Under the pieces are notes generated by a model. The model was not told the origin of the DNA. It saw only the letters and a list, made by a program, of their open reading frames with translations, and did not search any database. The translations under genes and the position numbers were made by a program. From the NCBI GenBank assembly GCA_965223295.1, contig CBDCWC010000003.1:1696001-1760000 (forward strand): a stretch of 64,000 bases of DNA. The letters run 5' to 3'. Below are positions 30,115-40,333 of the stretch, piece after piece. The DNA is from Nitrospirales bacterium (GTDB taxonomy: Bacteria; Nitrospirota; Nitrospiria; Nitrospirales; UBA8639). Numbering within the stretch: position 1 is the stretch's first letter; each line of letters begins with the position of its first letter.

Positions 30115-32802
30115 ATGTTCAGAGAACTTAAATATCAACTAAGCGGAATAACATTTTTGATAGCGTGGTTCTTTTTCGCGGGTTTCCCATTTGACAATTT
30201 TCGAGCTCAGGCAGCTCCTGCGCAGCCGTTTAAGAGAGCAACTCCTACATTGAAATTTCCTAAACTCGACTTTCCTTTATCCACAAGCCATCTCGAAGGG
30301 GTTGTGCAGCCGCTTGAGGCAGAAGATGCGACATTGAACGGTCCTCAAATCGCAAACGATCATCCTCATTTCACAGGAACAGGCTTTGCGGATTACATAG
30401 GGGAGGGGTCTATTGCATGGGACGTTACTATCGAGACCGCAGGATTATATCAGCTGGAATTTCGCTATGCACTAGCAAGCGGAGACCGTCCTCTGAATAT
30501 CTTGGGTAGCAATGGGATTCTCATAAAATCAAATGTGAGTTTTCCTGCAACTGGAGGTTTTGATGTCTGGAAAACAGTCACGGTCTTTACAAAGCTTGAT
30601 GCAGGTCCCAACACGATAAAAGCGGTCACGACTGGCGTGAGCGGAGCAAATATGGATCATTTGGTTGTCTCACTCACTCCCCCAGACCTCAATCGTTTCT
30701 TAAGTTTCCCTATTCATTCCTCTCATAAAGTTTTTCGAGGAAGCGAGGATAATGCTAAGGCCTACTATAAAGTGATCGATCCGAACGACCAGAGGACCAC
30801 CTTTGAAGACTGGAAGCAAGTGAATGGGCTCACAAATCCTCAGAACGATCCAAATGTCCATCATGCCACGTATTTTAACGGAGCCGACTTGGCTTTTGCT
30901 CGCGATATGTATGTCAAAGTACACAAGTCTGCAGATGGAAAGGTGAACTCAGCGGCTTCCTATGTCCAGAATTACCTGACTCTGAGTGATGCCGTCAATC
31001 GTACTAACTTGCTTGCCACCGTTGCCATGGAATACGGACCACCGGAAGGTAACCTTACCGCGCCTCGATTTACCAAATTTTTTGTTTTCGACAAAGATGG
31101 AAATCGTCTCACAAAAATTGATCTGGATGGTCGAGGGGCCAAATATGTACCTGGTCTTTGTAATGTCTGTCACGGAGGCAAGCCTAAGCTCGGAGCATTT
31201 CATGGAAGTGCGGCTACCTATCAGGATAGAGGAGACACAGGAGGAAAATGGATTCCTTGGGACCTTGACACCTATCAATTTCATCCTTCGAAAACACGGG
31301 CTCAACAGGAGGCAGAGTTCAAGAAATTAAACAGCGATATTTTAGAGATATACCGTGATCGTCCAAGAGGTACTAGCGTTACCAACTCGACCGCAGTGCT
31401 CATCAAAGGCTGGTATGGGGGCGAAGGATTGCCTAACACTAAGTTTAACGGAAATTATGTCCCACCCGGCTGGAAGAATACCTCTGATGGAAATAAAAGT
31501 GATCTCTATTTAAAGGTGGTCGGGCCAACCTGTCGTGCCTGCCATAATCAACGAGGAAGCTATCACAACGATGGCGGATTTTTCCAAGGAAATCTTCTGC
31601 AGTCTTCCCTGGAATTCAACTCGTATCACGACTTCAAAGGCTACAAAGATCAAATTGCACCCTTAGTCTATGACATGGGTGTCATGCCAGCAGCAAGACA
31701 GACGTTTGAGAATTTTTGGAGAAGTGATGCGCCAAAGATTCTTGACGATGAATTGTTTGGTGGGCAGGTCTACCAGAATCCGAACGAGCAAAATCCCACA
31801 CCTGGTGTCGCTCATTCTTTTGGGGCACTAAGAAGACCAGGACGCCCGATAGCCAATATCGCGGGGATTCCCACTACCTTTGGGGTTACAGATAAGGCTC
31901 CGATTGGCAATTTTTGCTTCCAAGGACCAATCTTCAGCTTAGCAGATGTGGCAGAAGGAAGCCGTGTCCGATTAAATGGAAGATCAAGCTTGTTCGCCGA
32001 GAGCTTTACGTGGAGTTTCGTGGATCCGCCTTCCTCTTGCTTTCCAGTCACGACGCCAACCATCGCGTCTCCAAATCGTTCATTAACCACATTTGAGTTA
32101 GACTCCAATCATAATTCTGACATTAAATCGGTCAGTTCGAAGCCGTACTATATTCGGTTACGCGTGACCAATGAGTTTGCAGACTTTAATCCGGCGATCA
32201 TTGGACAGCTGTTCACAGATAGCTCACTGAAGCCACTGGTGTTTGCAGACAGCAACCCTGCAACTAAGGATATATACAAGTTGCTGACGACCAATTTCCC
32301 ACTGTCAGGTGCCTCTGGTTCGAGTGGCCCGCTACAATGCATGCATTGCCATAGCAATGGCATTCTCGGAAGGGCCGGAGGTATCTTCGAGATGTGGGAC
32401 GTAACCCTACCGGGCGATGCCAATAGTGAACTGTGGAAGCGCATTGCCTATAACAATGTGATGACTCGTGTAGATTGCAATGATCCAGGTAATAGCTTGA
32501 TACTCAAAAAACCTGCCGGACATCATCACAATGGTGGAACTGTTCAAGGGTTTGGTGTGGGATCTGGCTTTAACCACCTGAGTTCTGGTGATGATAGCAA
32601 TCGGGAGGCTCTTCTACGATGGATCATGGAAGGTGCCCCGTATGCTGGGACTGGGGAATCTAGTGACCTGGGATGTCCAACAGGGCAATTCTTTTTTCCA
32701 ATCTCAAGTGTTTTTTCGACCTCAGTCAAACCAATTCATATTGAAAACCCAAGTTCTTCAATAGGAGTGACCAAGTTTTCGGCGCTAAACCTCAAGAAGT
32801 AG
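30115..32802 (+). CDS. Secreted triheme c-type cytochrome with N-terminal CBM6/35-like module and PKD-like domain
   Basis: Signal peptide; LEAEDA..FTGTGFADY..FRYA..W.TV..L.AG.NTI; CNVCH, CRACH, CMHCH; SLILKKP..HNGG..RWIMEGAP; GGAGG RBS. Confidence 0.85.
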   Translation: MFRELKYQLSGITFLIAWFFFAGFPFDNFRAQAAPAQPFKRATPTLKFPKLDFPLSTSHLEGVVQPLEAEDATLNGPQIANDHPHFTGTGFADYIGEGSIAWDVTIETAGLYQLEFRYALASGDRPLNILGSNGILIKSNVSFPATGGFDVWKTVTVFTKLDAGPNTIKAVTTGVSGANMDHLVVSLTPPDLNRFLSFPIHSSHKVFRGSEDNAKAYYKVIDPNDQRTTFEDWKQVNGLTNPQNDPNVHHATYFNGADLAFARDMYVKVHKSADGKVNSAASYVQNYLTLSDAVNRTNLLATVAMEYGPPEGNLTAPRFTKFFVFDKDGNRLTKIDLDGRGAKYVPGLCNVCHGGKPKLGAFHGSAATYQDRGDTGGKWIPWDLDTYQFHPSKTRAQQEAEFKKLNSDILEIYRDRPRGTSVTNSTAVLIKGWYGGEGLPNTKFNGNYVPPGWKNTSDGNKSDLYLKVVGPTCRACHNQRGSYHNDGGFFQGNLLQSSLEFNSYHDFKGYKDQIAPLVYDMGVMPAARQTFENFWRSDAPKILDDELFGGQVYQNPNEQNPTPGVAHSFGALRRPGRPIANIAGIPTTFGVTDKAPIGNFCFQGPIFSLADVAEGSRVRLNGRSSLFAESFTWSFVDPPSSCFPVTTPTIASPNRSLTTFELDSNHNSDIKSVSSKPYYIRLRVTNEFADFNPAIIGQLFTDSSLKPLVFADSNPATKDIYKLLTTNFPLSGASGSSGPLQCMHCHSNGILGRAGGIFEMWDVTLPGDANSELWKRIAYNNVMTRVDCNDPGNSLILKKPAGHHHNGGTVQGFGVGSGFNHLSSGDDSNREALLRWIMEGAPYAGTGESSDLGCPTGQFFFPISSVFSTSVKPIHIENPSSSIGVTKFSALNLKK

Positions 32803-32833
32803 CAGGATTAAAATGATGGACAACTCGCCATAC

Positions 32834-32908
32834 AGGAATGTTGAAAACAGGTAGCCGATCTTTCAGACAGACAATGTGGCTGCAGCCTCGCTGGGAGACT
32901 TTTTCGAT
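32834..32908 (+). repeat. Degenerate MITE family A remnant
   Basis: GGAATGTTGAAAA...GGCTGCAGCCTCGCTGGGAGACTTTTTCGA. Confidence 0.45.
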
Positions 32909-33862
32909 TAGTCCGTTGTCTCGTGAGATGAGATTTTTCTAAGAACTTTTTGAGTAAAAAACGGTCAACAGGTTTTCCATGAAAGGGCTGTTCTTTTTTT
33001 AGCTTCTTTCTTGATCACATGAATGATTGGGATAGTAGATATAGAGAGCATCAGAATTTGTCGATTCAACTATTGGTGTCAGTACTTCGTCTTGTTGAAC
33101 AAGAGGTTGTGCCTGAGCTTACTGGTGGTGGGGCAAGAGGATTAGGCTTATAAATCCGCGAGGAGAGATCCTGTATTTCGCAATGCACCATAGCTGTTCT
33201 CCAAAGACATTGGCCAACGAGTATCTTTGCCGTCCGGTCTGATTTTCACTCTATCATCAGATATGTTGAGGTTGTTGGTGGAATACAGTAGAGAGGGCAA
33301 TGGCAGATTTCCGTTTACGAAAATAGTTAGGTATTTCAACAACGGCTGGACGTTCGGCGAAAGTCCGAATATACCTTCACAAGTATCTGGCTCACGAGAT
33401 TCAATGGCAGCAAACCTCTTAAGTTATTGATGCAATGGGTTTAGCAGGTTTTCCTGTCGAATCTTTGTTGACTCGTGATTTATAGACATTTCATACGCAA
33501 CACGTGTGCGTTGACTTTCTTGACCTATCAGTCATCGAGGCGAGAGTTTTTCTCAGACAGTATTTTGGAGACGGTCCCTAGAGTGAGGTGCTCAATGAGA
33601 TTGAGGTTCCTCATCTCAATATTTAGGCGAGCTGTTGATCTTTAGTGTTGCGCCATAAAGGAAGAGGGGGAGTGGGACGAAAAGCACCTCCCTACTTCAC
33701 ATATGGTTACCTAACCGCCAGTTGGGAGAAAATCTATATCTTTATACAGGGTAGTAGCGTTCGTCTAATGCCTCGGAAATGCGCCCTATTGGGTTCATCA
33801 GGGTGGTATTCCTCGCCGTCAAAATCGAACTTTCTACTATCTCTCCAGATTCTAGACGGCAG

Positions 33863-34453
33863 TCATGGCTGTGTCAGCTTGCGCCATCCCAATAATCCTA
33901 ACAGCCCCGAGCCAAGCAGCAGAAACGTCCCAGGTTCAGGGACAACGTTCATTCTTGCCTCTTGAATAGTTTCAAGTGGCAAAGCTTCACCTGAAGCTTC
34001 ACTGACATCCACCTGAGTGAATTCGAGAGGACTCGTGCCTGTATTGTCAGTAGATGCACTGAAGAGTAACGTAGCAAGAGTGAAGCGATCTGGCTGAAGG
34101 GCATCCAGTTCAAAATCAGAGAGCAAGGATATTTCACTGACATCCACTATGCCAGGAGTAGAGGAATTACTATTCGTAATTGTCTCAAACAATCCTTCGT
34201 CGCCTAAAAACGGGCCGAAGGTTGCAGACTGGAATGTCAGTAAACTGGGTTCAAAACTGATGTCCACGTCGAAAGCGCCGAGGGAAGGAATTCCACCAGC
34301 GGTTAAGCCCGAGATGTCCAATGTGACCACGGCCAAATCTCCGCGCGATACATGCTGAGAAGAAGGATTAAGGGACAGAGAAACTGCCAGGGCCTGTCCA
34401 GCCCACAAACTGGTGGAACTGATAATAACAGCCAGGAATAGAATCTTTTTCAT
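33863..34453 (-). CDS. Cohesin-domain PEP-CTERM surface protein
   Basis: Signal peptide; LSLNPS..V..GD..LGAFDVDISF.P.LL...FTLATL.F.A..GTSPL.F; VPEPGTFLLLGSGLLGLLGWRK. Confidence 0.88.
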   Translation of the reverse strand: MKKILFLAVIISSTSLWAGQALAVSLSLNPSSQHVSRGDLAVVTLDISGLTAGGIPSLGAFDVDISFEPSLLTFQSATFGPFLGDEGLFETITNSNSSTPGIVDVSEISLLSDFELDALQPDRFTLATLLFSASTDNTGTSPLEFTQVDVSEASGEALPLETIQEARMNVVPEPGTFLLLGSGLLGLLGWRKLTQP

Positions 34454-34546
34454 CTTGGGGTTCTCCTGTTATGAAATGGGATAAAACGCATGTGGCGTTT
34501 TCAAAGGATCTTGAGTAGTAAGGGATAAGGGACGCATGTTTTGCTC

Positions 34547-36271
34547 TCATGGAATATTTAAGGCATCGGCAATAGCTTGAATTTGCCCCGGGCTGAGATC
34601 ATCGGTGCCGTTGCCGTCTCCTAAAAACTGCATTTGGACTTCCGTTTGAATGGCATTACTAATTTGTCCTGCCGATCTTCCCTTCTTTGCACTCATCGCG
34701 AGCGGTCCATGACATGTCTGACAGTGGGCATTGTAAAGCTGTTCCCCCGTTGCCTCAGGAGGAGTACAGGTTGGTTTTTCCCTTGGAGGGTTTGCCGTTG
34801 GATCACCACAGAGAACCTGTTGAGGGGTTGCTGAGGTGCCGTTGGTGAAATTCAAAATATCGGTTTTGAATCGGTTAAACGTATGCTCGGCGTGTGGCAT
34901 ACGTGGTGTGAACGAATCTGAACATGCCACACGTTGGGCATCCGCGCAGAAGTTCGTTGCCTTTTCCCAGTCGACACCACGGGTTGGATAGTTGTTCTGA
35001 GCTTCCCCTTGGGCGACATGACAGGTGCGACAATACCGTCGGTAAACGTTGTCATAGAGTGATCGCTCCTGGAAAAAAAAGTCGAACTCTGGAGAACCTA
35101 TCTCCTGAAAACCTTCAGGGTCTGTGTACCATGTCTCAGGAATAACCCGTCCGTTATAGGTATCATCAACGTGGACAAAGTCGCCAGGCTCCCGCCCATA
35201 CCAACCTAGGATAAGCTGTTCGATGGAATCCTTACGATTCTTCGATGCGTTCGCCACATGTTTGTTCAACCGATTGAACTCGAACGCTTGGTCGGACAAG
35301 GTGGGTTGTCCGGGCCAGTTTTCGAAGCTGGCAATATCAAAGGGGAGGTATTGTCCGCCTGCAGGTACCCCCAACCCGACCTTTTTATCTCCATTCCCAT
35401 CGGCGCCAAAGGGATCGGTTCGGCCCATATGGCACCCGTAACATTGCTCAGGGACTGCCTTTGCTCCCTCGCCGTCAAGGGCAATGCGATTCACCCGCTT
35501 CCCATCTTTATCGAACACAAAAAAGGCCACGATATCTCGATCATGGACGCCCTGTGTAAACCGCATCCGTTCCATGGCCACGGTGGCTATTAGGTCCCGC
35601 CCTAGCTGATCAGGAATGCCGTTTATTCCCTTAGGGTCGGCATAGTTTTGCACGTAGCAGGGAAAGCTCGTGCCGTCGTCTAGGCAAAACATGTCTCGGC
35701 CGAGTCCTCCAGTTTGTCCGGGGTCGAGGTCTCCAGCGTTGATAAAGGTCGCGTGGGCCGTTGAGAGGGGGAATTGGTCGAAGCGATGTAGGCTGCGCCA
35801 ATCGTCGAGAGTCGTACGCTCTCCCTGTGGATCCACCTTGCCATAATACGTGTCCAGATATCCCTCTTGCCCGAACTCCGGCTCGTCGCGCGGAGTGACA
35901 TCATAGGCTGGTGCGAAGAGCCCTAGGCTCACGGCTTCAAGATATAGACATCCGTTGGGGGTACTACAATCTGCCAGTGGTGGCGTGATGATCCCGCAGC
36001 GAGGTAAATTGCAATGAGACGAGACCAGTTGGCGTGCGTCCATGACAGTAATGCGCCCGTCTCCATCTAAATCACAGAGCTCTCCGCAATCACTCCCTCC
36101 AACAGTCTTGCCGCGGTCAGCGAGCAGAAGGACAAGGTCATTTCTATCAACATCCTGGTCATTGTCGATGTCACCGATAATACGAGCCTGTGCTATGGAT
36201 GTGAGAGTGAATACACCCCAAAAAACGGAAATCGCAAGGAAAGATGTAAAACTAAAGTATCGAAGTTTCAT
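34547..36271 (-). CDS. Secreted triheme c-type cytochrome with N-terminal dockerin
   Basis: GDIDNDQDVDRNDL...DLDGDGRITVMDA; CYGCH, CRTCH, CQTCH; core homologous to 30115..32802; AAGGAG RBS before ATG 36271. Confidence 0.85.
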   Translation of the reverse strand: MKLRYFSFTSFLAISVFWGVFTLTSIAQARIIGDIDNDQDVDRNDLVLLLADRGKTVGGSDCGELCDLDGDGRITVMDARQLVSSHCNLPRCGIITPPLADCSTPNGCLYLEAVSLGLFAPAYDVTPRDEPEFGQEGYLDTYYGKVDPQGERTTLDDWRSLHRFDQFPLSTAHATFINAGDLDPGQTGGLGRDMFCLDDGTSFPCYVQNYADPKGINGIPDQLGRDLIATVAMERMRFTQGVHDRDIVAFFVFDKDGKRVNRIALDGEGAKAVPEQCYGCHMGRTDPFGADGNGDKKVGLGVPAGGQYLPFDIASFENWPGQPTLSDQAFEFNRLNKHVANASKNRKDSIEQLILGWYGREPGDFVHVDDTYNGRVIPETWYTDPEGFQEIGSPEFDFFFQERSLYDNVYRRYCRTCHVAQGEAQNNYPTRGVDWEKATNFCADAQRVACSDSFTPRMPHAEHTFNRFKTDILNFTNGTSATPQQVLCGDPTANPPREKPTCTPPEATGEQLYNAHCQTCHGPLAMSAKKGRSAGQISNAIQTEVQMQFLGDGNGTDDLSPGQIQAIADALNIP

Positions 36272-36339
36272 TGTCCACTCCTTTTTCATTTACGAAATTC
36301 TTTCAAGTTCACGGTTATGCCATCCAATCCGTAAATTCG

Positions 36340-36355
36340 TGCAGTTTTAGTGCCA
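36340..36355 (-). promoter_or_regulatory. sigma-54 promoter
   Basis: Minus strand TGGCACTAAAACTGCA. Confidence 0.72.
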
Positions 36356-36463
36356 CACATAAAAAATCGAACGTTTTACAAATCGGCATAGAAGGAGAAG
36401 CAATTGGAGAGGTTTTGAAGGTTTTTGCCATGATTGTCAAAAGTTTTAACCATTCTTGAGTTT

Positions 36464-36520
36464 GTATCTGATGAGATACGGTTTATATATCTTCAGATAC
36501 AAATTTGAATTATGAGATAC
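36464..36520. promoter_or_regulatory. GTATCT-N4-AGATAC operator plus two phased half-sites
   Basis: GTATCTGATGAGATAC (36464-79); AGATAC again at 36495 and 36515. Confidence 0.72.
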
Positions 36521-36538
36521 TGCGAAGAATTCACGACA

Positions 36539-38023
36539 TTAAAATTCCATTCGAGCTCCCAGTGTCACAATATGATTGGAAATGTTTCTTAGGCCTAAGA
36601 ATGTTTCATAATCTAAATAGACTTGAGTCCCTCCTGCAGAGACATTAGCAAGAGTGGCTCCGACTCGAAAGAAATTCCGATCAGGGGCTTCATTTCTTAT
36701 AAATAAAGGGTTATTAAAGGGATCATTCACATACTTGGTCGTTGTTGTTTTCGCATCATTTTTAAATTCATGATCCCATTCTCCTCGTATTTGGGGATAC
36801 CAGACACCCCATTTCCAACTGAATTTTTTTGATGCTTGAAGGCCAAGGGCTGAAATAAGAGAGGTAATATCTTGGCCTTCAACTTCCAGGTTTAATCCTC
36901 CTGCACCTGATTCTTCAAATCCATCAATATCGAGTTTAAAATACGTCAGTCGAGCAAAGGGACCAAAATCAACACTTCCTACGTGAGCGGCATAGCCCGT
37001 GCCTAAACTCAGTGAGTATTGGGTGCTATCTGTTTCACCTTTGGCTGTTCTGCGTGTTGAGGGTTCGGCCGTATTTGATGGAATGACAATCTTTCTCTTT
37101 GAATCATGGTCATTCCATCCGACAGACCCAATTCCCTCCAAATAGAAATCTTGTAGGTAATAGGTGCCATAGATCGAAAATACATAACCATCTGAATCAC
37201 TGCCTCCCCCGGCATTGACGGAGGACTTGTGAAAATCACCATCAAAATGTGAATAACTAAATGCGGTTCCGACAACCAGTTCTTCGAGGAATCGGTAGTC
37301 AACTCCTACTGTGACCCCGCCGGTGTTAAAGTCGAATCCGTCTTCTCGTGAGGTTTCATCTTTCTCCCCTGTTCCGAGTGAGCCACTGATAAAGGTCCCT
37401 AACCGACTGAATGCCCCGCTTCCAAGATCGCCGGAAGCCCCGCCCCCTCTTGGCTGAAGTCCAGGAAGCCCCATGCTCTGGGCCCGTAAATCTGGCAAGG
37501 GGGCTATTCCGTTCAGATTGAGGCCGGCGACAGAGAATCCGCGTGCGCCTCCCCGCAGAGCTGTAAGGCGGCCCCGCAAATTTCTTTGTTGGCCGTTAAA
37601 GGTTTTGGAAGCCATTGTTCTTGGGGCTAAGACTTCTTCTCCTGCCACTTGTTGAAGAGCTCTACTCAGTTCACTAAAAGATATTCCTAAGCTGTTGGTC
37701 GTAAGCCCTGAACTCGAAAGTTCATTTTCCGAGTGAACCAGCGAGCGGCAAATGAGGAATAAGTCTTGTTCTAAACCTGTTCGACCAGACAGATCGCGAA
37801 TGTTCGGCCACAAATTTTCAATAGCTACACCAGTTGTTGATTGTAAGCTTGACTGACCCGGTAGTTCTCCCAGCGTTTGAGTATGTCCGACGACGAATAT
37901 CGATTCGCCCAATATCAAACTAGCAATTAGCATGAAGAGACATGTGCCATATTGAACGATTGACTTTGGTGATAACTGAGATTTCTTGATGCGAAAAGAG
38001 CAGTTGTGTGTAGACTGAATCAT
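36539..38023 (-). CDS. Autotransporter beta-barrel protein with short passenger (paralog 2)
   Basis: Clearly homologous to 24904..26415 (APRTMASKTFNGQQRNL, YPQIRGEWDHEF); terminal ARMEF. Confidence 0.88.
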   Translation of the reverse strand: MIQSTHNCSFRIKKSQLSPKSIVQYGTCLFMLIASLILGESIFVVGHTQTLGELPGQSSLQSTTGVAIENLWPNIRDLSGRTGLEQDLFLICRSLVHSENELSSSGLTTNSLGISFSELSRALQQVAGEEVLAPRTMASKTFNGQQRNLRGRLTALRGGARGFSVAGLNLNGIAPLPDLRAQSMGLPGLQPRGGGASGDLGSGAFSRLGTFISGSLGTGEKDETSREDGFDFNTGGVTVGVDYRFLEELVVGTAFSYSHFDGDFHKSSVNAGGGSDSDGYVFSIYGTYYLQDFYLEGIGSVGWNDHDSKRKIVIPSNTAEPSTRRTAKGETDSTQYSLSLGTGYAAHVGSVDFGPFARLTYFKLDIDGFEESGAGGLNLEVEGQDITSLISALGLQASKKFSWKWGVWYPQIRGEWDHEFKNDAKTTTTKYVNDPFNNPLFIRNEAPDRNFFRVGATLANVSAGGTQVYLDYETFLGLRNISNHIVTLGARMEF

Positions 38024-38165
38024 GAACGCCTCCAAGGGAATTTATTGACAATGGAAATTGTCAATAAGTCTGTTGAATAGATTTGAAAAAACAATCGTAT
38101 CGTTACGGAGTTTCCTCTTTCTTGATCTTTCCTTGATAAACGGATTTGACATCGTGTGGTGTCAG

Positions 38166-38181
38166 TGCATTTCCAGTGCCA
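38166..38181 (-). promoter_or_regulatory. sigma-54 promoter
   Basis: Minus strand TGGCACTGGAAATGCA. Confidence 0.68.
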
Positions 38182-38314
38182 CAGACAGAAGAACGTGGCC
38201 TATTGAGCAATGCTGCTCTGACGTATGCCCGCGTACAGAGGCTTTAAGGGCTGTTTGTTATGAAAGAACAGGGAAAGAGTGAATTGCTTGGAAGCGGGGA
38301 CCGATAGACCTGGT

Positions 38315-38351
38315 GTATCTCATTAGATATGTCAGGTATCTCTTTAGATAC
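38315..38351. promoter_or_regulatory. Tandem GTATCT-N4-AGATAC operator
   Basis: GTATCTCATTAGATAT (38315) and GTATCTCTTTAGATAC (38336), 21 bp apart. Confidence 0.75.
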
Positions 38352-38548
38352 ATCATTAATGATACGGATCTGTAAGCCTGATATTGCTAATGCCTTGGTG
38401 GGTAACAGGGTGGCAAAGCAGTGCTAAAAAATTGCTTTTACAGAAATTCTCAGAAAAAATTAGGAGGGGCGTCAGGGTATTATGACGTGTCCCAGAGATC
38501 CGAGGGTTGGTGCGGAGGAAAATTGACTGGGTGGAGTTGCGACACTAA

Positions 38549-39991
38549 CTAACGCGGAAGATGAATGCCGTATTTTTTAATCTTATAGTACACCGTCCCT
38601 CGACTGACATTTAGCGCCTTCGCGGCTCTCTGGGTATCCCACTTCTGTTCAGTTAGGACCTTAATCAATGCCTCTCGGTTGACATCCTCCAACAAGGAAG
38701 GCTTGTCTTCAGAATCACTCTCGGGTTTGTCCTCATAGCTGAAATCAGGGGGAAGTTCTTGATAGATAATTTCATCATCAATTGTGTAGGTAGGACGCGA
38801 ACGAAGGATGACGCTATATAATATGTTCTCTAATTGACGAACATTGCCAGGCCAGTGGGCCGACAACAGCAGTTTCATCCCTTTGTCTGTCACTATGGGG
38901 ACTGTGTCCAATCGAAGTTCCTGCCCAAGCTTTCGTAAAAAGTGATCAATCAGAGCTGGAAGATCCTCTGTCCGTTCTCGTAAGGGAGGCACAACAATTT
39001 GTACAACTCGCAGTCGATAGTATAAATCTTCTCGAAAACTTCCATTTTTAATATCCTGCTCTAAATTTCTATTCGTTGCAGTAATAAAGCGGACATCCGT
39101 CAGGATTTCTTGCGATCCGCCAACGCGCATAATGGCATGTTGTTGTAATACGCGGAGCAACTTTGCCTGAGCCGGCAGGGATAGTTCGCCAATCTCGTCC
39201 AAAAAAATCGTGCCATTTTTCGCTTGCTCGATTTTGCCAATCTTCATATTTGAGGCGCCGGTGAAGGCGCCTTTTTCATACCCAAACAATTCACTCTCCA
39301 TAAGGTCGAGGGGAAGAGCGGCACAGTTCACTGGCAAAAATACCGAGCCGTTTCTCGAACTACTGTGGTGCAGGGCTCGCGCAACGAGTTCTTTCCCTGT
39401 CCCATGTTCCCCTCGAATTAGCACAGTGGCCGGGCTGTCACCCACATCAAGGATTAATTTGTAGAGTTCCTTCATCGCAGGACTCTCACCAATCAATCCG
39501 CCAAAGTGAACTGTGCTGGCAGGGCAAGACCGAATAATTGAGGATTCGGCCAAGGCATCTTCTTTTGGAGCTGAATGTGTGACAGACGGCAAGGGTCTGG
39601 TTTCGTCTTCATCGACCTGAGCGCAGGCAATTTCAAATGGGTAAATCGTCAGTCGGCAGCGGCTCGGGAGAGGAGTGGGACCTTTCAGAGGCTGATTGTC
39701 CAGGAAAATACCATTCTTGTTCTTGTTGAATATTTGGTATCTCGTTCCTTCCCATTCTATAACAGCAGCCTGTCGGGAAATGTGGGCATTATTCAGAACG
39801 ACATCATTCGAGTCGGAGCGTCCAATAGAAAGGTGATCTTTATTGAACGACACTTGCATGATGACTGCATCTTTTAAATGAACTGTGAATTGAATCATTT
39901 CAACACCATTGAACGAGCTTGCTTCTGTTTGGCCGAAACAGACTTTCTGCAACGATGACGTCGTTTCACCGTTGCTGGAGGAATGTGCCAC
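38549..39991 (-). CDS. FHA-domain sigma-54-dependent transcriptional activator (FHA-AAA+-Fis HTH)
   Basis: SIGRSDSNDVVL..ISRQ..NG (FHA); GEHGTGKE, GAFTGA, FLDEIGEL, FREDLYYRL, WPGNVRQL; AAKALNVSRGTVYYKIKKY. Confidence 0.93.
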   Translation of the reverse strand: MAHSSSNGETTSSLQKVCFGQTEASSFNGVEMIQFTVHLKDAVIMQVSFNKDHLSIGRSDSNDVVLNNAHISRQAAVIEWEGTRYQIFNKNKNGIFLDNQPLKGPTPLPSRCRLTIYPFEIACAQVDEDETRPLPSVTHSAPKEDALAESSIIRSCPASTVHFGGLIGESPAMKELYKLILDVGDSPATVLIRGEHGTGKELVARALHHSSSRNGSVFLPVNCAALPLDLMESELFGYEKGAFTGASNMKIGKIEQAKNGTIFLDEIGELSLPAQAKLLRVLQQHAIMRVGGSQEILTDVRFITATNRNLEQDIKNGSFREDLYYRLRVVQIVVPPLRERTEDLPALIDHFLRKLGQELRLDTVPIVTDKGMKLLLSAHWPGNVRQLENILYSVILRSRPTYTIDDEIIYQELPPDFSYEDKPESDSEDKPSLLEDVNREALIKVLTEQKWDTQRAAKALNVSRGTVYYKIKKYGIHLPR

Positions 39992-40156
39992 CTCTCAAGT
40001 TAGTGGATTTTGGAGCAAACTCTCTAATTAATCAAGACTCTGTTGTGTGCTTATTGGTTTTCACTGAATGGCAGTTTCGGGCTTCTCAAGAAGCTGTTCC
40101 AGTAAATTTATTGACCATGCTAACTAGTGAGGACCTTGAATTGGAAATCTGGTCGG

Positions 40157-40192
40157 TTATCCATTGAGATACTTTTTCAAAAAATTAGATAC
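40157..40192. promoter_or_regulatory. Degenerate tandem operator of the same motif
   Basis: TTATCCATTGAGATAC (40157-72) and a second AGATAC half-site 20 bp further. Confidence 0.5.
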
Positions 40193-40333
40193 TGGGTTGT
40201 CAATATTTGAAATCTTCTAACCCACTCGTTACACAACCTCTACTTCTGAAATTCAAAAAATATTCATCCTATCTCATTGAAAAACAAAGGATTTGTCAGC
40301 CAAATGTTATTTTGTCTTTTGAGTCATGAGATC

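Noticed and set aside
33148-33493. Possible remnant of a sigma-54 activator (GIFGLSPNVQPLLKYL...)
   Set aside because: Similarity is short and interrupted by a stop; no Walker A or GAFTGA.
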